Positions 1 to 7,392 of a stretch of DNA of 35,802 bases are shown here, piece by piece. Within the stretch, counting starts at the first letter, position 1. Every line of letters begins with the position of its first letter. This DNA comes from Patescibacteria group bacterium. GTDB lineage: Bacteria > Patescibacteriota > Minisyncoccia > Phycocordibacterales > JAGLPS01. The position numbers were made by a program, and so were the translations under genes. The notes under the pieces were generated by a model. It was not told the DNA's origin, did no database searches, and worked only from the letters and a program-made list of their open reading frames with translations. The DNA is taken from positions 17,183-52,984 of the forward strand of contig JBBUCK010000090.1 of assembly GCA_038057845.1 (NCBI GenBank). The letters run 5' to 3'.

Positions 1-27
1 CTTTGAAACCTTATCAAAATAAATCAT
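1..27 (-). CDS. ftsE: 5' end of a gene running off the window; probably cell-division ABC ATPase FtsE
   Basis: Translates MIYFDKVSK, typical of an FtsE/ABC ATPase N-terminus; lies just downstream of prfB (prfB-ftsE-ftsX order is common). Only 9 codons are visible. Confidence 0.4.
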
Positions 28-166
28 GACTATCATATAAGTATACCCTGTTAGAAATCTACAGTCTATAAAATGCCATTAAAACCACAAAGTAGGATTT
101 TTGCAAAGAAAAACCGCCTAAAAACAGAGGAAAATGCTTCAATTAAGCTCTTTTGAGAAAAAAAAA

Positions 167-1063
167 TTAGAGGTTTTTCTCCGCTTCTATAAATTCATCT
201 AAATCCCCTTCAAGTATGCGGGCAATATCATGGACTTCTACTTCAGTACGATGGTCCTTAATCATTTTGTAGGGATGGAAGACATAAGAACGGATTTGAT
301 TGCCCCACTCTATTTCGGTTGTTTTGCTTATATACATTCCCTGTTCTTTCTCCATACGTTTTTCTTCAAGTGCTTTATATATTTTCCCGCGTAAAATTAT
401 CATTGCCTTCTCACGATTCTGCAATTGGGACCGTTCGGATGCGGCATGGGCTGAAAGCTTAGTTCTAATATGGACAATTCTTACTGCCGTCTCGCGTTTA
501 TTCACATTTTGTCCTCCGGGACCGCTTGAACGTGCGAATTCTACCGAGATTTCATCATCAGGAATTTCAATTTCACCAGTTTTTTCAAATTTTGGAATCA
601 CTTCAACAAGGGCAAAAGATGTATGTCGAAGTTTTTTTGCATTGAACGGTGAGATACGTACAAGACGATGAACGCCGGATTCGTTTTTCAGGACCCCGTA
701 GGGGCCTGACCCTGAGCCTGTCGAAGGGTTCCCCTTAATCTCAATGGTGATATTTCGATATCCTCCATGGTCATTTTCGTTGCTATGAACAATCGTATAG
801 CCCCAACCTTTTGCCGCAATATATTTTTCATACATTGAAAGAAGAATTTTCGCAAAATCCTCTGCATCATCTCCCCCGGCGCCAGCAAAAAGGGTCATAA
901 TGGCATCGCCCTTGTCATATTTCCCCACACCTGCCTGTTCATCCTTAAGTCTCTGGATTTCTTTAATGATTGCTTGTGCACGAGTTTTATCACTCCAAAA
1001 TTCCGGAGCTATCATTTGTTCCTCTAATTCTTTTATTTTTTTAGAAGTATCTCCTGAAGTCAT
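167..1063 (-). CDS. prfB: Peptide chain release factor 2 (short form, 298 aa)
   Basis: GAGG, ESGVHRLVRISPF (SPF motif), GPGGQNVNK (GGQ) and WGNQIRSY motifs. ATG at 1063 is preferred over the ORF-track start because TGCTAGAGT (extended -10) lies at 1072-1080. Confidence 0.95.
   Translation of the reverse strand: MTSGDTSKKIKELEEQMIAPEFWSDKTRAQAIIKEIQRLKDEQAGVGKYDKGDAIMTLFAGAGGDDAEDFAKILLSMYEKYIAAKGWGYTIVHSNENDHGGYRNITIEIKGNPSTGSGSGPYGVLKNESGVHRLVRISPFNAKKLRHTSFALVEVIPKFEKTGEIEIPDDEISVEFARSSGPGGQNVNKRETAVRIVHIRTKLSAHAASERSQLQNREKAMIILRGKIYKALEEKRMEKEQGMYISKTTEIEWGNQIRSYVFHPYKMIKDHRTEVEVHDIARILEGDLDEFIEAEKNL
710..728. repeat. Mini-hairpin repeat CCCTGAG-N4-TCGAAGGG inside prfB (encodes PSTGSG)
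   Basis: ccctgagcctgtcgaaggg; same motif at 3046-3064 (reverse) and same AGCCTGTCGAAG core at 25697-25708. Confidence 0.6.
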
Positions 1064-1108
1064 ATGCGATAACTCTAGCAAAAATAGCCTGTCCTCGCTA
1101 CGCAAAAG

Positions 1109-1139
1109 AAAAGGCAAGGAATTTACTCCTTGCCTTTTT
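1109..1139. terminator. Intrinsic terminator
   Basis: aaaaggcaagga-attt-actccttgccttttt hairpin with A/T tails, downstream of the 1148-1408 gene. Confidence 0.7.
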
Positions 1140-1147
1140 GCGAAATT

Positions 1148-1408
1148 TCACCTATCTTCCGCAACTAATATGCCCTCGGAAATAATAGTTTCCCTTTTCC
1201 CGATTTTCAAGACACGGGTCGAATCTTTGATAAAAAGCGCATAGTGACCCTCCCACACGGTAATTACTTTCCCATCATTCGCATAGAGAGTAATTTTTCG
1301 GTCTTTGGCGGGAAACGATAAATCGGTCATTGAAGGTCTTAATGGTTCCTCACCACAACCCACTATTGCTGCCACTAGGACCAATAAAAAAATGAATTTG
1401 TGGTTCAT
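1148..1408 (-). CDS. Small putative lipoprotein
   Basis: Signal peptide ending in a lipobox-like IVG-C; AAAGGGGG RBS upstream. Confidence 0.6.
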   Translation of the reverse strand: MNHKFIFLLVLVAAIVGCGEEPLRPSMTDLSFPAKDRKITLYANDGKVITVWEGHYALFIKDSTRVLKIGKRETIISEGILVAEDR

Positions 1409-1483
1409 TCCGCCCCCTTTCTTTTATTTTATTTATACAAGTTCCTGATTAAGACACTACTAGAAATAGGTAGACAGTCAAGC

Positions 1484-2167
1484 TTACGCTTCTCGCATGA
1501 TATCCCGATGAAATAACCATCCCCCAATAAATGCCGCCGCGTAGGCAAAGAGAGATACTAAAACAAGAAATAATATATTGCCGCTCAAGATGGCGTCTCC
1601 AAACAAAATACCGATGGTGGTCCCTGGAGTATGAAGTACCATCATTGAAGCAATAAAAATCGGAAAGGAAACTTTTGTAAGTCCTGCTGTATAAGCAAAA
1701 ATTTCAGGGAATCCAGCAAAAGCAAGACGGGCCTTAAGAAAAGCCGATAGTTTTGAACTGCGTGAAAGTATTTTTTCAAGATTTGGTACTTGAGACTGCG
1801 GCACAAAAAACATAACAATTGAGCGTCCGAAAAAGCGACTGATATAAAAAGCGACCGAGAACCCGAGAACGTCGCCAATTGCCGTGACAGCTAAACCCTT
1901 CCAAAAACCAAATGCGGCGCCGGCAATCGCGTAAACGGGTCCACCCCCGAGAGGAACAACGATAATAGTTGTCATCTTGAGGGCAATAACCGCAAGAGGA
2001 GCCCAGATCCCTGCCGTTTTAACAATATCTTCAAGGCGGTCAATCCCGATTGAAACGGTAAGCCAGTATGCGCATCCAATCGTAATGACAAAAAATATAA
2101 TATTTTTTAGAGCATCGTGAAGCGATGCTTTTTGTCCTTCCTGACTTTCAAGTATGGGTTTTTCCAT
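1484..2167 (-). CDS. VTT/TVP38/DedA-superfamily membrane protein
   Basis: Multiple TM helices; AGAAFGFWKG, G..LG..VAFYISRFFG and Y.AGLTKV patterns. Start uncertain (2167 or 2212). Confidence 0.8.
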   Translation of the reverse strand: MEKPILESQEGQKASLHDALKNIIFFVITIGCAYWLTVSIGIDRLEDIVKTAGIWAPLAVIALKMTTIIVVPLGGGPVYAIAGAAFGFWKGLAVTAIGDVLGFSVAFYISRFFGRSIVMFFVPQSQVPNLEKILSRSSKLSAFLKARLAFAGFPEIFAYTAGLTKVSFPIFIASMMVLHTPGTTIGILFGDAILSGNILFLVLVSLFAYAAAFIGGWLFHRDIMREA

Positions 2168-2236
2168 TGTTTCGGCTAAAACAAATTTTATAAAATTTGT
2201 TCGCTCAAACATTTTTCTATGAAAAATGTTTTAGGG

Positions 2237-2309
<73 letters not shown>

Positions 2310-2390
2310 ATTTAATCTAAAAAGTGTAAAGTATATTCTACCCCCGCCCGAGGCGGGTCAGCCTTGGGCTGAAAGACGGCTAAGGCGGCA
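2310..2390 (-). repeat. Upstream partial duplication of the tRNA-Thr(CGU) 5' end with inserted hairpins
   Basis: gctaaggcggca at 2299-2310 and 2379-2390; hairpins ccgcccgaggcgg (2344-2356) and tcagcc-ttg-ggctga between them. Confidence 0.6.
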
Positions 2391-2503
2391 AATATCTTTA
2401 ACGATTTACTGGGACATACTTTAGCAAAAACTACCGTAAAACAGAAGTCGGTAAAATGCTATAATTACCCTGCATTCTTTTACCAACCTTAACATAAATT
2501 ATT

Positions 2504-2743
2504 ATGAACGCTTCAGCACAGGCAGTTGAAAATCTTAAAAGAGAGATTGAAAAAGAAAGTCAAGAAATTCACAAAAAGGAAAGTGATTTAAGCAAAAAGA
2601 AACAGGAACTACAAAAAATTGAAGTGGAAATTAAAACGCTTGAATCGGAAATAGGACAATTGCATGGGCATATGTCTGAAAATGAAAGAGAAATTAAAGA
2701 TATACAGCAAGAACTGCAAAAAATGATGCAGAGCAAGAATTAA
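2504..2743 (+). CDS. Small coiled-coil hypothetical protein
   Basis: 79-aa E/K/Q-rich heptad pattern; TGCTATAAT promoter upstream and terminator downstream. Confidence 0.7.
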   Translation: MNASAQAVENLKREIEKESQEIHKKESDLSKKKQELQKIEVEIKTLESEIGQLHGHMSENEREIKDIQQELQKMMQSKN

Positions 2744-2780
2744 ACAAAAAGACACGGTTTCTCCCGTGTCTTTTTGTTTA
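2741..2780. terminator. Bidirectional intrinsic terminator
   Basis: taaacaaaaagacacgg-tttctc-ccgtgtctttttgttta (17-bp inverted repeat) between convergent units. Confidence 0.8.
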
Positions 2781-2791
2781 ACATGCGCCTT

Positions 2792-2915
2792 GAGCCGTTG
2801 GCCAGATTGGTCACAGCTCGCTATAGCGGACGCGACCCCGCCTCAACGTCGCAAAGCGACATATTCCGGCCTTCAATTCTGGATAGACGCAAAGCAGTTT
2901 GCGTCTTCCAAACGG
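2792..2915 (-). repeat. tRNA-3'-tethered structured element (copy 1, on tRNA-Thr-GGU)
   Basis: Inverted copy of the T-arm (2872-2882 vs 2926-2936) and direct copy of the tRNA 3' end (gagccgttggccaga, 2792-2806 vs 2916-2930); core shared with 10646-10801 and 13051-13277. Confidence 0.75.
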
Positions 2916-2916
2916 G

Positions 2917-3180
2917 AGCCGTTGGCCAGAATTGAACTGGCGACCTACTCCTTCATATATACTCCTTTTTACCGAAACACTTATATAAGGAGATTAGACT
3001 GTATCTTTCTCCGCCTCGGGCGGAGACCCTTGTCAGTCGTTCGAGCCCTTCGATTTCCTCAGGGCTACGGTCTGACCCTGTGCGAGGGCTTTAACCGTAA
3101 TTCGGGATTCACTAGAAGATTACTCTCAAAGTGGGCAAAAATTTACCATGGAGTTGCTCTACCAACTGAGCTACAACGGC
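2917..3180 (-). tRNA. tRNA-Thr(GGU), intron-containing (exons 3145-3180 and 2917-2953)
   Basis: Joined exons give a 73-nt cloverleaf: GCCGTTG...ACTCC-AT-GGT^AA-GGAGT...GCCAG-TTCAATT-CTGGC-CAACGGC-T. Confidence 0.92.
2954..3144 (-). ncRNA. Group I intron (191 nt, no ORF) inserted just 3' of the anticodon (36/37)
   Basis: 5' exon ends in U, with P1 GGU/GCC giving a U.G pair; intron ends in G; P4 ACGGT/ACCGT, P5 GCCCT/AGGGT, P7 GACTG/CAGTC in AACGACTGA ... AAGATACAGTCTA, P8 TCTCCG/CGGAGA, P9 CTCCTT/AAGGAG. Confidence 0.88.
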
Positions 3181-3442
3181 ATTTTTTGTTCTGGTAATAC
3201 ACCAGAACAAAATAATGGCGTCGTACTAAAAAGTCTACTGCCTGCCCGTGAGATTGCGAAGCAATCTTTTCGGGGAGCTACAACGGCAAGTGAGGAATAG
3301 AGAGGATGCTAGCATACTCTCTATTTCCGAGCGAAGCCGTTGCAAGCTTTGCTTACAACGGCAAGTGAGGAGAAAAGGAAGCACAAGTACTTACTTTATC
3401 TCCGAACGCCACCGTTGCAAGGGTACTATCCCTTACAACGGC
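3181..3442 (-). repeat. Tandem structured units in the tRNA-Thr(GGU) 5' leader, each starting with a copy of the tRNA 5' end
   Basis: GCCGTTGTA begins at 3442, 3362, 3287 and 3180 (the tRNA); unit lengths 80, 75 and 107 nt. Confidence 0.8.
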
Positions 3443-3508
3443 AAGTGCCTCACCTTGTATTCCCCTTCTGTAAGAGGAAGGCAGGCACCAAGTACAAGCC
3501 TGCATATT

Positions 3509-3517
3509 AGTATATCA
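3509..3517 (-). promoter_or_regulatory. Extended -10 promoter for the tRNA-Thr(GGU) transcript
   Basis: TGATATACT on the minus strand upstream of the repeat leader. Confidence 0.5.
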
Positions 3518-3670
3518 GGCAACCTTTTTCAAATGCTATTTTTAATCTAATCTTCCAACAACAAGATTGAGTTTTTCCAACCGTTATCTCAAGCTACCCC
3601 CATCATCAATTTTGCACGATCGTGTAATATTGATGATAGCTAAAAATCTTAGAAATCTTGGCCGGAAAAA

Positions 3671-5548
3671 TTAATCAGAAATTTCTTGGAGAATCTTCTC
3701 CGCCTTACTAACAAGATCAAGGGCGGCAGAAGAGTCTATGACCCGATTCTTTCTATAGAAATTCACTTGAGCGACAAAAGCTTCGAGACTCTTTTCCACT
3801 CCTTCTTGTAGGCGTTTGATTTTCTTTTGCAATTTCTCGTCGTCAGGATTAGTAACCAAGTCATTTTCAAATTCTTGAAGGTCCTTAAGACCCTCAAGGA
3901 CTAAAACCAAATTTATACGAAGTGTTTTATACGCAAAAAAACTTTTAATAAGTCCGTTTGCCCGATATGCATCAACGAGAGCGATAAGACTTTCGGTCAT
4001 TTGAATCGGGTCTGCCGTTTCTTCAAGCTCATATGGTTCGCTTATATCGGCAGGAGTCGTTTCATTTATTGGATCGTAGTTTACCGTATAGCCAATTTCC
4101 TGCCCTGTTATGACAGTGCCTTGAACGGTATTAACTATGTCGGAGTCATCATCAATATGCGATACACCCATGTGATATTCCCCGTTGCCGATTCCCGTTA
4201 GCTCAATCTTGTACTCGCCATTAATCGGGTTAGGGATAGTTACAAATTTCGGGCCAAGAGGGTCGCTTGTTGATTCGTAAAAGGCCTCGGGAATTTCGTT
4301 TATATCTTTTGTTATGACAGTGCCGTCGGGAGCCACCACCTTTACATCAACAGGAGAGGCAAACCAGAATGAGAGGATGGCGTTTGGTTCATAGGGTGGG
4401 AGAATTACGCCGGATGGCGCGGAAAGTCCTAATGAGGCGAAAATATGTGAAATTGCATTAGTCGGTAATTCTTCATGAGGAGAACTGACTACGTAGTAAT
4501 TAATCAACGCGGCGGATTGTGCGTGCACAGGAGTAAAAAATTGTGCAAACCATTTTAAGAAAGGAGAAGTGTCGTCTTTGACAAGAACAGGCACATACGG
4601 AAAATCGATTTCAGCGCTAAACGCAAGAACAGTATTATCTCCAATTGCGTCGTTAGGAATCGGGTCAAGCGGGTCTGGTTTTCCATCAACCCACAACTTA
4701 GGTTCTGTACCACGGTCAACGACGGGAATTGTATTTACTGTGCTAGAGCCTGTGCCGGCAACCATAGTAATTTCCCGCACTCGATCTTGTAAGTCAAAAA
4801 GGCCTGTTTCAGAATTAAGCCACGCCAAAAGTGGATTCTGTTCGTTGAGATTAGAAGTGAATTTTGTTATCTGTGTGTCTTTGTCTGTCACATAGTCGTA
4901 AACCGGTAGAAGTTCTTTGATGGAAGGAAAAAAGGTGTGAATCGCATCATAATTATCACGAATAGATAGATGAGAAAAATCTAAATACCAAAGATACTTA
5001 TTTATGTCAGCTTTCGCACCCTCTGACCAATGATCCGGAAGTCTTCCCCCTTCCCACACACCATATGCATCAGAAGAACCATAATTAGGAGTCCCGAGCA
5101 TGAAAAACTGGTCGACATCATTTCGGTAATTACTTCCCTGAATATATGCCCGAGCAACAAGACCCCCCATACTGTGCGCAATAATATCAACCTTTCCTGA
5201 CTGTGAGTACTGCTTTGCCTGATTAATAACAGGTATAAGATAATTAGAAACAGAATCGGTGTTATTTTTTCGCCAATCGTAATGAGCGATGAAAAGATTT
5301 TGACCCTCAACAAAACCGCTTATTTCAAGGGCATTAATGAGATTGTTATAATTTTTCGCATTTTCCGAGAACCCCCACGGAGTTTGAACCAGAGTTTTGT
5401 TAGTAAACACATCGGTGTTTAGAGATGAACCAAAACCAGGGATAATTACGATAGGATCTGGTTCAGACAACTGGGCGTTACTGGCGAGAGACAGGGTCAG
5501 AAAAAGAACGAAAATAAAGAAAGATTTTATGAGTGTATGTTTATTCAT
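3671..5548 (-). CDS. Secreted alpha/beta-hydrolase (PGAP1/LCAT-like lipase or acyltransferase) with C-terminal beta and helical domains
   Basis: Signal peptide; PIVIIPG oxyanion region, AHSMGG nucleophile elbow, LGTPNYGS, GDNTV (Asp) and PHEELP (His). Confidence 0.85.
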   Translation of the reverse strand: MNKHTLIKSFFIFVLFLTLSLASNAQLSEPDPIVIIPGFGSSLNTDVFTNKTLVQTPWGFSENAKNYNNLINALEISGFVEGQNLFIAHYDWRKNNTDSVSNYLIPVINQAKQYSQSGKVDIIAHSMGGLVARAYIQGSNYRNDVDQFFMLGTPNYGSSDAYGVWEGGRLPDHWSEGAKADINKYLWYLDFSHLSIRDNYDAIHTFFPSIKELLPVYDYVTDKDTQITKFTSNLNEQNPLLAWLNSETGLFDLQDRVREITMVAGTGSSTVNTIPVVDRGTEPKLWVDGKPDPLDPIPNDAIGDNTVLAFSAEIDFPYVPVLVKDDTSPFLKWFAQFFTPVHAQSAALINYYVVSSPHEELPTNAISHIFASLGLSAPSGVILPPYEPNAILSFWFASPVDVKVVAPDGTVITKDINEIPEAFYESTSDPLGPKFVTIPNPINGEYKIELTGIGNGEYHMGVSHIDDDSDIVNTVQGTVITGQEIGYTVNYDPINETTPADISEPYELEETADPIQMTESLIALVDAYRANGLIKSFFAYKTLRINLVLVLEGLKDLQEFENDLVTNPDDEKLQKKIKRLQEGVEKSLEAFVAQVNFYRKNRVIDSSAALDLVSKAEKILQEISD

Positions 5549-5560
5549 AAGATTAAAATA

Positions 5561-6109
5561 TTAAAGATATTTAGCAAAAGCCCCAAGTCCCTCTATCATC
5601 TCAACAAAAAATCGATGTGCCAAAAAAGCGAAAAAACCGGTACTCGCAGCAAGTACCACAAACCAGCTTTTTAAAGTAAATTTTTCGTATATCAATCCTC
5701 TTAAATAAAACATGGAAAGAGGCCATAAAACGATCAGAGATAAATCCTGTATAAGAGGCACCTCCGACAAACTACGCCCGATTTCAGAGTAATAATTAAT
5801 ACCTTGTAAATAAAGCCAATCTTCAAACTTCCAGAATAATTCAATAATAAAATTAGATAACCAGAAAGAAAGAGGATAGATCCAAAAAATCCACCACCAT
5901 CTCACCGGTTGAATCTTCTTAATTCTGACAAAGAAAAATGGAAGAAGTGTAATTAAAATTATAACCAAAGGTAGAAGCCAGTCTGTTACAAAAAGAAAGA
6001 TTTTGTTTTCTTCCGCAAGATAATTAACTCGCTCAGTAGTAACTTTTACGACAAAAAAAACTACAGCTACAGCTAAAACCCAGCGCAATGACCAAATCTT
6101 TTTTTTCAT
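5561..6109 (-). CDS. Polytopic membrane protein, candidate partner/immunity protein of the lipase
   Basis: About 5 TM helices; shares W..P, PF, K..KW/RW and LWPLS motifs with 6116-6364 and 6894-7364. Confidence 0.7.
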   Translation of the reverse strand: MKKKIWSLRWVLAVAVVFFVVKVTTERVNYLAEENKIFLFVTDWLLPLVIILITLLPFFFVRIKKIQPVRWWWIFWIYPLSFWLSNFIIELFWKFEDWLYLQGINYYSEIGRSLSEVPLIQDLSLIVLWPLSMFYLRGLIYEKFTLKSWFVVLAASTGFFAFLAHRFFVEMIEGLGAFAKYL

Positions 6110-6115
6110 TCAGAT

Positions 6116-6364
6116 TTAATTATACAAATAATTCAAACTTAATAAAATATTTTTCCATTTTATAGGCTTGAAGCTATGGAAACTAATAAAGAGAAACGGA
6201 CAAAGTGTTGAAAACAACAACAAAAGTGGTGGAAGCCATTCTGTAAAAAAAAGTCTCAGATCTGGCCCAGAAAGATATTGAACTGGGTTTGCTGTTCTTT
6301 CGATAAGAATAAAAACTAAGAAAAAACTTGCGAGCCAAAATATATTCAAAATTTTTTCTTTCAC
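6116..6364 (-). pseudogene. Truncated paralog of the 5561-6109 membrane protein
   Basis: LFFTEWLPPL...TLCPFLF..KPIKW aligns with LFVTDWLLPL...TLLPFFF..QPVRW but stops at 82 aa. Confidence 0.55.
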
Positions 6365-6422
6365 TAAATTTATTATAACAGATAGTTAAGAACTAAAAAT
6401 AGTATCCTTTCTCGTTGTCAGA

Positions 6423-6884
6423 TTAGCCATAATTGGGAGTGCCCAACAAAAATAGCTGGTCAACATCGTTACGATAATTATTTCCCTGAATATATGCACG
6501 AACAACCAAACCGCCCATGCTGTGAGCAATAATGTCTATTTTTCCATTTGGCGCATTCTGGAGCGTTTGATTAATAGTAGGAATTAAATAATTGATTGCA
6601 CTATCCAGATTGCTTTGCCTCCAGTCATAGTGAGCAATAAAAAGAGTCTGATTTAAAACATATCCTTTTATTTCTAGCTCGTTAATAAGATTGTTATAAT
6701 TTTTTGCACCAGCGGTAAAACCCCATGGGGTCTGGACTGGTACTTTATTTATAAAAATATCAGTATTTACAGAAGCCCCTATACCAGGAATGATTATGAT
6801 GGGGTCTGGGTCAGTTAGTTGCGCATGAATAAAAGAAAAACCAACTACAAATAAAGTTAATAAGATAAATAATTTATACTTCAT
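6423..6884 (-). pseudogene. Truncated paralog of the lipase (N-terminal 153 aa only)
   Basis: Highly similar to the N-terminus of 3671-5548; ends GTPNYG-TAA-TCT-GAC, i.e. G*SD versus GSSD in the full copy; lacks catalytic Asp and His. Confidence 0.75.
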
Positions 6885-6893
6885 TGTAAAAAT

Positions 6894-7364
6894 TTAAAAT
6901 AGTAATCCCCCAAAACCATCTGATATTCCATAAATTAAATACTGCCAAATAAAAGTACCGAGTCCAAGACTTACAATAAATGACAAGAGTAAATTTCTTA
7001 AATTAAATTTGATATTAAGTATCTTTAATATCCAAAATGTGGAAAGAGGCCATAAAAGGAAAAAACCTAAAAATGTATTGGAGCGACTATTCTCCATCGC
7101 CAAAACAATGTTAGTAAGACCACTTAAACGAGCTAATAGGGTTGTGATAGAGTCAACGAGATAAAAATTAAGTTCAAAATGAATAAACCACGATAATGCA
7201 TACGCAAAAGGTACAAAATACCATTTTGCGAGTTTAAAGCGTTTAATGCTGATAACTATGAACGGAGAGAAAACCAAAATGAGAAGAATTACAAAAGTTG
7301 CCCATTGAATGGTCTCTGGAATAATTAAGTCAAAAAAAAGGGAGTGTAGGAAAGTTTTATCCAT
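6894..7364 (-). CDS. Polytopic membrane protein, paralog of 5561-6109
   Basis: TM helices; FSPF..SIKRFKLAKW..AYALSW and LLWPLS..KFNLR motifs; directly upstream of the truncated lipase. Confidence 0.7.
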   Translation of the reverse strand: MDKTFLHSLFFDLIIPETIQWATFVILLILVFSPFIVISIKRFKLAKWYFVPFAYALSWFIHFELNFYLVDSITTLLARLSGLTNIVLAMENSRSNTFLGFFLLWPLSTFWILKILNIKFNLRNLLLSFIVSLGLGTFIWQYLIYGISDGFGGLLF

Positions 7365-7392
7365 TAATTTTTATTATGTCAAAAATACTGTG

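Noticed and set aside
1030-1117. Programmed +1 frameshift or longer N-terminus for prfB
   Set aside because: No CTT-TGA site is seen; the upstream extension starts at TTG inside a terminator and spans the promoter.
3172-3447. CRISPR array (tacaacggca recurring at 75-107 nt spacing)
   Set aside because: Repeats are short and are copies of the tRNA 5' end; the spacers are mutually similar hairpins; no cas genes in the window.
2766-3550. ORFs 2766-3197 and 3248-3550 (+)
   Set aside because: Antisense to the tRNA, intron and repeat leader; the peptides merely echo the DNA repeats.
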